64,000 nt of DNA from Eledone cirrhosa (taxonomy: Eukaryota), in NCBI GenBank assembly GCA_964016885.1, contig OZ024756.1, forward strand, positions 7,812,001 to 7,876,000, written 5' to 3'. Both the position numbers and the translations under genes were made by a program. Of the stretch, positions 51,482-64,000 are shown piece after piece; within the stretch, counting starts at the first letter, position 1, and each line of letters starts with the position of its first letter. Below the pieces are notes generated by a model, which saw only the letters and a list, made by a program, of their open reading frames with translations, was not told where the DNA came from and made no database searches.

Positions 51482-52043
51482 AGGACGGTGGATTGGCAGT
51501 ATCAGTAGAGAGACGGACACCATGTTTTTCAGCATAGAGTTACGACCCTTTACGGTCTGAGTTAAAATTCCGCCGAGGTTAACTTTGACTTTCATTCTTA
51601 CGAGGTCGATAAAATAAAGTACCAGTAATGCACTGGATAATTGCTGGCCTTGTGCCTAAAGTAGAAACAATTATTTGTATAAAGTACCAGTAATGTACTG
51701 GAGTCGATTTAATCGACTTTCCCCTCCCCAGAATTACTGGCTTTGTGCTTAAATCAGAACTCATTATTTGTATAAAGTACCAGTCACGCACTGAGGTCGA
51801 TTTAATCGACTTTCCAAAAATTGCTGGCCTTATGCCTATATAAGAAACCATTGTGGATTGGCAGTATCGGTAGAGGGTCGGACGCCATGCTTTCCAGCAT
51901 AGTTACGTCCCTTTACGATCTGAGTTCAAATCCCGCCGAGGTTGACTTTGCCTTTCATCCTTACGGGGTCGATAAAATAAAGTACCAGTAATGCCAGTAA
52001 TGCCACTGGGTAATTTGCTGGCCTTGTGCCTAACGTAGAAACC
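51482..52043 (+). mobile_element. Stack of four SINEs or SINE tails at one site
   Basis: Outer TSD ATTATTTGTATATACA at 51466-51481 and 52044-52059; ATTATTTGTAT recurs at internal junctions. Confidence 0.9.
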
Positions 52044-52439
52044 ATTATTTGTATATACACTTTCTAGACAATGTCTATATACATCCCACAGTCTTTCTTT
52101 TCTCTCTCTCTCTGTCACTAATATATGTGTGTGTGTGTGTGTGTATCTTACAATGCAATACAATGACATTGTCAAGCGTAATCATGTTAGTAAGGAATAT
52201 TGGTAAATAAAGTGAAGTCTATGTAAAACATGGACTATGTCCTATCAAATCCTTGTTTGTGAATCATCTCTTCTTTGATGTTACAGCTCACATCTCGGTA
52301 GATTTAGCTCGTCTCATGCATCTCATTGTACCTCGGGTATTTTAATGATAAGGGCCATAAGGGCCACGGTCCTATCGTGTAGGTTTAGCTGGCGTCATAC
52401 GATGTTGTATTTCATTGGAGGATTCTTGGCTGTTTTAAT

Positions 52440-52549
52440 GATAGGGGCGCCAGATTTATCTTGAATGCCAACGTCAAATAAAACATCTTGTACAAGAATA
52501 CAGAGCGCCACTGTGACCAGAAATCGAACCCGCAACCACTAGGCCGCTG
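52440..52549 (-). mobile_element. Degenerate tRNA-derived SINE of another family
   Basis: GGCCTAGTGGTTGCGGGTTCGATT head followed by a CORE-like segment. Confidence 0.45.
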
Positions 52550-52717
52550 AATCTCATCTTTTCCCATTTCATTTGTTAGTGTTTTACCATCTTGTTTTAC
52601 CTCATATTTTATAATAACTGGGCAGCGTTGAAAGGATTTCGTTTTGTCGTTGAGATTGTGTTTTGGAGAGTCGTGTACTACTGTTAGTACTGAAAACTGC
52701 CACAATGTCCTCTAACA

Positions 52718-52805
52718 CAGGCATGTCAAACATGCGGCCCTTTACAACCTCACCTGCGGCTCGCACAAAGGTTTTTTTTACAGCGCGAGCATGTTTTATC
52801 TTTCT
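52718..52805 (+). mobile_element. hAT terminal fragment of the family at 770-3135
   Basis: CAGGCATGTCAAAC..GCGGCCCTTT..CGCACAAAGG..GAGCATGTTTTATCTT matches the reverse complement of 3035-3135. Confidence 0.8.
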
Positions 52806-52934
52806 AACGGATAGATGTATTTGTATTTCTTTCTATATACATGATACACATATGAGTAGGAAACATTCTTTATGAAGGATTCTGTATTTTACTTTATTTT
52901 ATTCTAAAAATTTGGGTCATCACACACACAAACA

Positions 52935-52989
<55 letters not shown>

Positions 52990-53350
52990 GCGCGCGCACA
53001 TACACACACACACAGACACACACACGCGCGCACATACACACGAAGCTTTGCTTTTATACTAATGGTCAGGCCCAACTATATTTCAGAAACATGTGCAAGA
53101 GTCTATATATAAGTACAAGCCCATTGCCAGTTCTTGTTGTTCAAGAGACATTCAGAACATTTTAGCTGATCATTCTAGTTCGAGCTACGTATTTCATGAT
53201 TCTGTTTATAATGTGTATTATCATGTTTATGTTCGACCCATGGACTAAAACATTGTTTCTGTTATAAAGGATTGTTTTCTACGAATGTGTCTAATCCTAT
53301 AGTATCATATATAGAAAGGAATCTCTATATTAAGCATAATTATCTTCCAG

Positions 53351-53942
53351 GCAACCTTCCTGGTGCGGTATATACATAGTGGGGCCGATGCAACTGCACA
53401 GCTAAAACAGCTACTAAAGTCTATTCAGGTAAGAATATAAAGTGCTAGATTTTAACATTGGATATTTTTGTTTTCAAAAATCTACACTATAACACAAACA
53501 CCTTTCAATATTGACAAAGAAAAAGAAATAGTTTTCTACACCTTATGAAATCTTGTAACATATATTTTCACACATTCGTTTCAATGTTTTAACATCTTTA
53601 TACTGACCTTCTAAGACGAAATATGTACGAAGTATAACTGCTGATTAGATTCTGCCTAGTTCTTTAGGGATCGACATGTAACAGATTGAATTGATATTAC
53701 AAAGAGGTCATTAGAACACATATTTACCATTGACCCTATATATATGTTTTGGTTCATTAGATATTGAATAATAGAAGCTGAAATTCTCTTTTCTTTTCTT
53801 ATATTTGTTGATAGGTTTCGCTGCAGGAGAGTATTATACACACACTGGAGGTGGAAGCAATTTTCTGTGTCTAACATCGAAACCGCAATGGGGCAACTAC
53901 TCAGACGCTTTTGAAGCTGCTGCTACTATTTACGGTGTAGAG
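53351..53942 (+). pseudogene. Short-chain collagen C4-like C-terminal domain, two exons (53351-53428, 53815-53942)
   Basis: AG/GT splice sites, phase 1; GAVYT*WGRCNC..KVYSG|FAAGEYYTHTGGGSNFLCL..PQW..Y..IYGVE; TAG at 53377-53379; truncated by hAT. Confidence 0.85.
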
Positions 53943-56388
53943 CACAGGTTCTCAACCCATTTTGGCCAAACGCCCCCTTTTGTCCCTCGAAATCAAGAAA
54001 CGCCCTCTACCATATTTTTCCATTTTTCAATATACTACTGATTTTGATATCAGTCGATTACTAAAAAATTGATTAACAATATTCCAAAGATACCATTGCA
54101 GGCAGCTGAGAGTATAAATACATTCCTTGAAAGGAAATATATAAATTTCAAAAAAAGGAACATAAATGTTCTTTTTTATGAATAAGGACCAGTTGAATTT
54201 GTTATATTCCCACCAGGCGATACCAACTATTTTGAACATTTATACAAGAGCAACTCTGTCTATCCAACGAGTGCTCTTATCTGGAAGAAAGTGGCAATTA
54301 TATCATTTCAAAGCTTTCCAATTTTCCCTTTAATGAAACAGACAGAATAAATGTTGATATCTAACTTGATGTCCCCTCTGCTTTGTGAGCTTACAGACCA
54401 CGGAAAAGGGTTTTCATGACCACGCGGGAGGGTATATTTATTAGTAAATGGTAAAATATATACAACAAATGAGTAAGTGAATTGTAGTAGATGGTTTCCA
54501 GTCCAGTCAGACTGCAACTACAAATAAAAAAAATTGTTAGTTTGCTTTGTAACAATAGCATATCTAAGTTTTCGGATAAATCAACTTACTTTAACTTTGA
54601 CCTCATTTCAATGGGACCCTTCAGCTTTATGGAGTCTAGCTAACTCTTTGACGTCAGGCTGGATTTTTCGTAAGATGTAGCCGGAGATCTCCACATGTAA
54701 TTACATTGTAGCAGTTGCGAGCCTTACTGAGCACTCTGGAAACAGCACCAAACCTCCTCTTGACTAAGTATGAGCTTGGAAAAGGCAGAGCAAATCTCTT
54801 AGCCTCCGCATGTAGGTGTGGAAATCGACGCTGAATTTCCCCTTGCATCCAAAAAAGGGGTTCACCTATTTTGGGAAATCTAATTTTGATCATGTCATCT
54901 GCTTGAAGTTCAATGAATTCTTCCTGAAATATAACGTCCAAATCATCGACGTTAGCTGTGAAGGGATCTGCTACCCACATTGGGATGTCCATCGGCAAAA
55001 GGTCGACAAACCGTTCTTTCATGTTGTCTTGTAGCGCACGGAAGTGAGCGGTATAAATTTGGAGTTGGTCATCGCTTACAATGTTTTGAACATTGGCGAC
55101 ACTAGGAACATTATAGAATTCCCGTCAACAAAGATTCCTTTCGATGACATTCAATTTGGCCAGGAATGTTTTCACAGCATTCCTTGATTTAAGCAAGGTA
55201 ATCTTCTTCCCCTGCAAAGCCAAAATGACGCTATTGCATTTGTCGACGATGTTGGTGAGGTAGGCGCAGTTTTGCCTCACATCGAGGGTTTTCTTGTACA
55301 GTTCTGTGTTGCGTCCTCGCAGAAACTCAATGATAGAGTCGAAGAGTTCAAAGAAGTGAGTAAGGCACTTGCCCTTTGAAAGCCACCTCACTTCATTATA
55401 AAGGAGCAACTTGACGAATTCTTCGTCATTATCTTGGCACAGTGGCCGGAAAATCCGTTCATTGAGGGAATGCCGTTTGATAAAATTGATGACATCAAGG
55501 GCCACCTGCAAGGACTTGCTCAGTGGCTTGCTGAGTTTCTTCACAGCCAAGTATTGTCGATGAATGACACAATGAACAACAAATACAGATAGATTTTCTC
55601 TCTTCAGAAGAGTGACGAAACCCTTATGTTGGCCGACCATTGCTCTAGTATCGTCCGTAGCACATGATACGTTGTATTTGGTCCTAGATGTATGTATTAC
55701 CTGCCTGTGTGTGGTAGGTAGTCCTAGATGTGTGTGCTACCTCCTTATGTGTTGCATGTAGTCCTAGATATGTGTATTACCTGCTTATGTGTTGTATGTG
55801 GTCCTAGATGTGTGTATTACATGCTTATGAGTTGTATGTGGTCCTAGATGTGTGTATTATCTGATTATGTGTTGTGTGTGGTCCTAGATATATGTGCTAC
55901 CCGCTTCTGTGTTTTTTTTATATTTTTTTATTTGTAATATTATTTATACAATAAGAAATAAAATAGATCTACATAGTGTTAACTCGTTACATTTGAGTCA
56001 ATAACATCAGACATGAAATACATTGTTATCGGTGAATGGAAGACAAGATTCTAACTGGCTGCAATTGAAGTGTCCTTGACCCAGTTGACTGTGGGTTTTT
56101 CCCTTGTTAGGATCTCAATTGCCGGTTAATGTCTAAACACGCCTGCACACCTACTCACAGCTGCGGTCAGACCATAGTTATGCTGTCTGCATGCTCATTC
56201 AAATGCATTTACACTGGCTGTCTCAAAGACATACAAATATGGCTTATAACACTTACCAGAGTAAAGAGCCTTCCAGTGCACTCCAAAGCTCCTTGGGCGC
56301 CCCCCTAATTCCCCATTGCTCCCAAACGCCCCCCGGCATTTCCAAAACGACACATGGGGGTGCATATGCCCCCCGTTGAGAACATTTG
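53943..56388 (-). mobile_element. Decayed hAT (Buster/ZBED5-ZBED8-like) transposon; transposase remnant 54654-55670
   Basis: TIRs CACAGGTTCTCAAC and GTTGAGAACATTTG (12/14); HCVIHRQYLA, EVRWLSKG, LPFPSSYLV, GDLRL.LT. Confidence 0.88.
55681..55910. repeat. 40-bp minisatellite, 6 copies
   Basis: Unit GTCCTAGATGTGTGTATTACCTGCTTATGTGTTGTATGTG. Confidence 0.9.
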
Positions 56389-59300
56389 CTCTACAGTATC
56401 TAATCTATAGTCTTACAATATCACACACTCTACATTATCTAGTCTATAGCCTTACTAAACATATCTCACTCTCTAGATTATCTAATCTATAGTCTTAATA
56501 TATCACAATCTCTACATTATCTCATATATCGTCTTACTACATTACACTCTCTACATTATCTAATCAATGATCTTATTATATCCCACCCTCTACATTATCT
56601 AATATATAGTCTTACTATATATATATCGCACTCTCTACATTATCTAATCTATACTCTTACTATATATAAAACACCCTCTACATTATCTAATATATAGTCT
56701 TACTATATATATCACACTCTCTACATTATCTAATATACAGTCTTACTATATATATATATAACACTCTCTACATTATCTAATCTATACTCATACTATATAT
56801 ATAACACACTCTACATTAACTAATCTATAATCTTACAATATCTCACACTCTACATTGTCTAATCTACAATCTTACTATATAATACTCCTTAAATTATCTA
56901 ATATATAGTCTTACTATATCACAATCTCTACATTATCTAATCTATAATATTACTATATCACAACCCTCTACATTATCTAATCTATAGCCTTACTATATAT
57001 ATCACACTCTCTACATTATCTAATCTATAGACTTACTATATTACACTCTCTACATTACCTAATATATAGTCTTACTATATCACACGCTCTACATTATATA
57101 ATATATAGTCTTACTATATATATCACCCTCTCTACTTATCTAGTCTATACTATTAATATATATATCACACTCTCTACATTATCTCCTATATAGTCTTACT
57201 ATATCAAACTCTCTACATTATCTAATCTATAGTCTTACTATATCACACTCTCTACATTGTCTAATCTAAAGTCTTACTATATATATCACACTCTCTACAT
57301 TATCAAATCTATATTCTTACTATATCTCACTCTCTACATTATATAATCTATAGTCTTACGATATATATATATCTCAATCTCTACATTATCTATTCTAAAG
57401 TCTTACTATATCACACACTCTACATTATCTAATCTACAGTCTTACTATATCACACTCTCTACATTATCTAATCTATAGTCTTACTATATAGACCTCACTC
57501 TCTACATTATCTAATCTAGAGTCTTACAATATCACAGTCACTATATTATCTAATCTATGGTCTTCTTATATCTCACTCTCTACAATATCTAATCTATAGT
57601 CTTGCCATATATATCTCACTCTCTACATTATCTACTCTATAGTCTTACTATATATATCTCACACACTACATTATCTAATCTATAGCCTTACTATATCACA
57701 GTCTCTACATTATCTAATCTATAGTCTTACTATATATATCACACTCTCTACATTATCTAATCTATAGACTTACTATATTACACTCTCTACATTATCTAAT
57801 TTATAGTCTTACTATATCGCACTCTCTGCATTATATAATATATAGTCTTACTATATATATCCCACTCTCTACATTATCTAATCTATACTATTACTATATA
57901 TATCACACTCTCTACATTATCTCATATATAGTCTTACTATATCACACTCTCTACATTATCTAATCTATATTTTTACTATATCTCACTCTCTACATTATAT
58001 AATCTATAGTCTTACTATATATATATCTCACTCTCTACATTATCTATTCTAAAGTATTACTATATCAAACTCTCTACATTATCTAATCTATAGTCTTACT
58101 ATATATATCTCACTCTCTACATTATCTAATCTAGAGTCTTACTATATCACAGTCTCTATATTATCTAATCTATGGTCTTATTATATCTCACTCTCTACAA
58201 TATCTATTCTATAGTCTTGCTATATATATCTCACTCTCTACATTATCTAATCTATAGTCTTACTATATCACACTCTCTACATTATTTAATCTATAGTCTT
58301 AATATATCGCAAACTCTATAATATCTAATATATTGTCAGACTACATCACATTCTCTACATTAACTAACCTATAGGCTTACTATATATATCACACACTCTA
58401 CATTAACTAACCTATAGGCTTACTATATATATCACACACTCTACATTATCTAATCTATAGTCATAGTATATCACACTCTCTACATTCTCTAATCTATAGT
58501 CTTACTATATCACACTCTCTACAATGTCTAATTTAAAGCTTTACTACATGTATCACACTCTCTACAATATCTAATCTATAGTCTTACTATATCACACTCT
58601 CTACATTATCTAATCTATAGTCTTACCCTATATATCACACTCTCTACATTCTCTAATCTATAGTCTTACTATATCACACTCTCTACATTATCTAATCTAC
58701 AATCTTAATATATTACTCTCTCTACATTATCTAATCTATAGTTTTACTATATATACCACACTCCCTACATTATCTAATCTATAGTCTTACTATATCACAC
58801 TCTCTACATTATCAAATCTATAGTCTTACTATATATATCACAATCTCTACATTATTTAATCTATAGTCTTAATATATCGCAATCTCTATAATATCTAATA
58901 TATTGTCAGACTACATCACATTCTCTACATTAACTAACCTATAGGCTTACTATATATATCACACACTCTACATTAACTAACCTATAGGCTTACTATATAT
59001 ATCACACACTCTACATTATCTAATCTATAGTCTGACTATATATATCACACTCTCTACATTATCTAATCTATAGTCTTACTATATCACACTCTCTACATTA
59101 TCTAATCTATAATCTTACTATATTACTCTCTCTACATTATCTAATCTATAGTTTTACTATATATACCACACTCCCTACATTATCTAATCTATAGTCTTAC
59201 TATATATATCACACTCTCTACATTATCTAATCTATAGTCTGACTATATATATCACACTCTCTACATTATCTAATCTATAATCTTACTATATTACTCTCTC

Positions 59301-62300
59301 TACATTATCTAATCTATATTCTTACTATACATATCTCACTCTCTCCATTATATCTAATATAGAGTCTTACTATATCATTCTCCCTACACGGTTGATTGGC
59401 AGTATCGGTAGAAGGTCGAATGCCATGCTTTCTAGCATAGTTACGTCCCTTTACAGACTGAGTTCAAATCCTGCCGAGGTTAACTTTGCCTTTCATCCTT
59501 ACGGAGTCGATAAAATAAAGAACCAGTAATGTACTGGGTAATTGCTGGCCTTGTGCCTAAAATAGAAACAATTATCTAATATATAGTCTTACTATATCTC
59601 ACACACTACATTATATAATCTATAGCCTTACTATATATATCTCACTCTCTACATTATCTAATCTATTGTCTTACTATATATATATCACACTCTCTACATT
59701 AGCTGCTCAATAATCTTATTATATCACACTCTCTACATTATCTAATCTATAGTCTTACTATATCACACTCTCTACATTATATAATCTATAGTCTTACTAT
59801 ATATGTCACACTCTCTACATTATATAATCTATACTCTTACTATATTATGCTCTCTACATTATCTAATATATAGTCTTACTATATCACACCCTCTACATTA
59901 TCTAATCTATAGTCTTACTATATCACACTCTCTACATTATCTAATATATAGTCATACTATATAAATATCACACTCTCTACTTTATCTAATTTATAATCTT
60001 ACTATATATATCACATTCTCTACTTTATCTAATCAATAGTCTCACTATATCAGGGTCTATACATTATCTAATCTATAGTCTTACCATATATATAACACTC
60101 TCTACATTGTCTAATCTACAGTCTTACTATATCTCACTCTCTACATTATCTAATCTATATTCTTACTATATCTCACTCTCTACATTATCTAATCTATAGT
60201 CTTACTATATCACACTCTCTACATTATCTAATCTATAGTTTTACTATATATATCTCACTCTCTACATTATATAATCTATAGTCTTACTATGTCTCACTCT
60301 CTACAATAGCTAATCTAACAGTCTTACTATATGTATCTCAATGTGTACATTATCTAATTCATAGTCTTACTATATATATCACACTCTCTACATTATCTAT
60401 TCTATAGATGAGATAATGTAGAGAGTGAGATATAGTAAGACTATAGATTAGATAATGCAGAGGTTGTGATTTATATAGTAATACTATAGATTAGATAATG
60501 TAGAGAGTGCGATATATATTTTGTAACACTATAGATTTCATAATGTAGAGAGTTTGAGATAATAAGACAATATATTAGAAATTGTAGAGAGAGTGATAGA
60601 GTAAGACTATAGATTAGGTAATGTAAAGAGTGTCATATAGTAAGAGTATATATTAGATAATATACAGAGTGTGATATAATAAGACTATATATTACATAAA
60701 GTAGAGAGTATGATATAGTAAGACTATAGATTAGACAATGTAGAGAGTGAGATATAGTAAAACTATAGATTAGATAATCTATAGTCTTAGTATATCTCAC
60801 TCTCTTCATTATCTAATCTATAGTCTTACTATATCACACACTCTATAGTATATAATCTATAGTCTTACTATGTCACACTCTCTACATTATCTAATCTATA
60901 GATGAGATAATGTAGAGCGTGAGATATAGTAAGACTATAAATTAGATAATATAGAGAGAGTGAAACAGTAAGACTATAGATTAGATAATGTAAAGAGTGA
61001 GATATATATAGTAAGACTATAGATTAGATAATGTAGAGAATGAGGTATAGTAAGATTATAGATTATATAATACAGAGAATGTGATATAGTTAGACTATAC
61101 ATTAGATAATGTAGAGAGTGTGATATAGTAAGACTATAGATTAGATTATGTAGAGAGTGTGATATAGTAAGACTATAGATTAGATAATGTAGAGAGTGTT
61201 ATATATATAGTAAAACTATAGATTAGATAATGTAGAGAGTGTGATATAGTAAGATTATAGATTAGATTATGTAGAGAGTGTGATATAGTAAGACTATAGA
61301 TTAGATAATGTAGAGAGTGTGATATATATAGTAAAACTATAGATTAGATAATGTAGAGAGTGGGATATAGTAAGACTATAGATTATATAATGGGGAGAGG
61401 TGATATAGTAAGATTATAGATTATATAATGGGTAGAGTGTGATATAGTAAGACTATAGATTAGATAATGTAGAGTGTGTGATATAGTAAGACTATAGATT
61501 AGTTAATGTAGGGAGATTGATATAGTAAGACTATAGATAATCTACGGTGTGTGATATATATAGTAAAACTATAAATTAGATAATGTAGAGAGTGTGATAT
61601 AGTAAGACTATAGATTATATAATGGGGAGAGTGTGATATAGTAAGACTATAGATTAGATAATGTAGAGAGTGTGATCTAGTAAGACAATAGATTAGATAA
61701 TGTAGAGCATGTTATATAGTAATACTATAGAGTAGATTATGTAGAGAGTGTGATATATATAGTAAGACTATAGATTAGATAATGGAGAGAGTGTGATATA
61801 TATAGTAAGACTATAGATTAGATAATGTAGAGAGTGTGATACATATAGTAAAACTATAGATTAGATAATGTGGAGAGTGTGATATATATAGTAAGAATAT
61901 AGGTTAGATAATGCAGAGAGTATTTTATATATAGTAACACTATAGATTAGATAATGTAGAGAGTGTGATATATATATATAGTAATACTATAGATTAGGTA
62001 ATGTAGGGAGTGTGATATATATAGTAAATCTATATATTAGATGATATAGTGAGTGTGATATATCTAATCTATATTCTTACTATATCTCACTCTCTACATT
62101 ATCTAATCTATAGTCTTACTATATATATCACACTCTATACATTATCTAATTTATAGTCTTACTATGTCACACTCCCTACATTATCTAATCTATAGATGAC
62201 ATAATGTAGAGTGTGAGATATAGTAAGACTATAAATTAAATAATGTAGAGAGAGTGGTATAGTAAGACTATAGATTAGATAATGTAGAGAAAGTGATATA

Positions 62301-64000
62301 GTAAGACTATAGATTAGATAATGTACAGAGTGAGATATTTATCGTAAGACGATAAATTTGATTATGTAGAGAGTGTGATATAGTAAGACTATAGATTAGA
62401 TAATGTAGAGAGTGTGATATAGTAACACTATAGATTTGATAAACTAGGGAGTGTGATATAGTAAGACTATAGATTAGATAATGTAGAGAGTGTGATATAG
62501 TAAGACTATAAATTATATAATGGGGAGAGTGTTATATAGTAAGACTATAGATTAGATAATGTAGAGAGTGTTATATAGTAAGATTATAGATTAGATAATG
62601 TAGAGCGTGTGATATAGTACGACTATAGATTAGATAATGTAGAGAGTGTGATATAGTAAGACTATAGATTAGATAATGTAGAGTGTGTGATATAGTAAGA
62701 CTATAGATTAGATAATGTAGAGAGTGTAATATAGTAAAACTATAGATTATATAATTGGCAGAGTGTGATATAGTAAGACTATAGATTACATAATGTAGAG
62801 AGTGTAATATAGTAAAACTATAGATTATATAATTGGAAGAGTGTGATATAGTAAGACTATAGATTACATAATGTAGAGAGTGTGATATAGTAAGACTATG
62901 GATTAGATAATGTAGGGAGAAAGATATAGTAAGACTATAGATTAGATAATGTAGAGTGTGTGATATAGTAAGACTATAGAATAGATAATATAGAGAGTGT
63001 GATATAGTAAGCCTATGGATTAGATAATGTAGAGAGTGTGATCTAGTAAGGCTATAGATTAGATAATGTAGAGAGTGTGATATATATAGTAAGACTATAG
63101 ATTAGATAATGTAGGGAGTGTGATATATATAGTAAAACTATAGATTAGATAATGTGGAGATTGTGATATAGTAAGACTATAGATTAGATAATCTAGAGAG
63201 TGTGATATATAAAGTAAGACTATAGATTAGATAATGTAGGGAGTGTGATATATATAGTAAATCTATATATTATATTATATAGAGAGCGTGATATACCTAA
63301 TCTATATTCTTAATATATCTCACTCTCTACATTATCTAATCTATTGTCTTATTATATATATCACACTCTCTACATTATCTAATCTATGAATTAGATAATG
63401 TAGAGAGTGTGATATAGTAAGACTATAGATTAGATAATGTAGAGATTGAGATATGTATCGTAAGACTATAGATTAGATTATGTAGAGAGTGTGATATAGT
63501 AAGACTATAGATTAGATAATGTAGAGAGTGTGATATAGTAAGACTATAGATTTGATAATGTAGAGAGTGTGATATGTATCATAAGACTATAGATTAGATA
63601 ATGTAGACAGTGTGATATAGTAAGACTATAGATTAGATAGTGTAGAGAGTGGGATATAGTAAGACAATAGATTAGATAATGTAGAGCGTGTGATATACTA
63701 AGACTATTGATTATATAATGTAGAGAGTGAGATATAGTATGACTATAGATTAGATAATATATAGTGTGTGATATAGTAATACTATAGAGTAGATCATATA
63801 GAGAGTGTGATGTATTAAGACTATATATTAGATAATTTAGAGAGTGTGATATAGTAAGACTATAGATTAGATAATGTAGAGAGTGTGATATAGTAAGACT
63901 ATAGATTATATAATGTAAAGAGTGAGATATAGTAAGACTATTGATTATATATTGCAGAGAGAGAGATATAGTAAGATTATAGATTAGATAATGTAGTGAA
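56389..64000. repeat. Second block of the 39-bp satellite with orientation flips
   Basis: Same unit as 36352-46735; flips near 60405, 60778, 60899, 62062, 62193, 63295 and 63388. Confidence 0.97.
59389..59570 (+). mobile_element. SINE inserted in the satellite
   Basis: Short-family sequence; 3' end joins ATTATCTAAT. Confidence 0.9.

Noticed and set aside
55912-56300. Possible LINE 3' end with poly(A) on minus strand inside the hAT
   Set aside because: Only an A-rich tail and a weak peptide resemblance

Overview
Eukaryotic, gene-poor, extremely repeat-rich DNA. The SINE families and (TA)n load suggest a cephalopod such as Octopus; this is an inference. I found no intact host gene, and most ORF-track entries are translations of microsatellites. 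Contents: long (TA)n/(CA)n tracts; 39-, 29-, 45- and 40-bp tandem arrays, including two large 39-bp satellite blocks with repeated strand flips; two decayed hAT transposons; a Helitron 5' fragment; CR1-, RTE- and CRE-like LINE fragments; a Penelope-like (PLE) RT remnant; many tRNA-derived SINEs; and a short-chain collagen C4-like pseudogene. Main finding: between 14.6 and 48.9 kb lie about 11 type-I hammerhead ribozyme motifs, some intact and some decayed, from about 6 sequence-unrelated families. They sit in short non-coding elements that are mostly inserted in (TA)n and often carry inverted duplications, resembling PLE pseudo-LTRs or retrozymes. One has a compensatory U3-A8 core. Second finding: the SINEs show an ATTAT target-site rule and stack at one site. 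All RNA folds were done by eye and none is tested.
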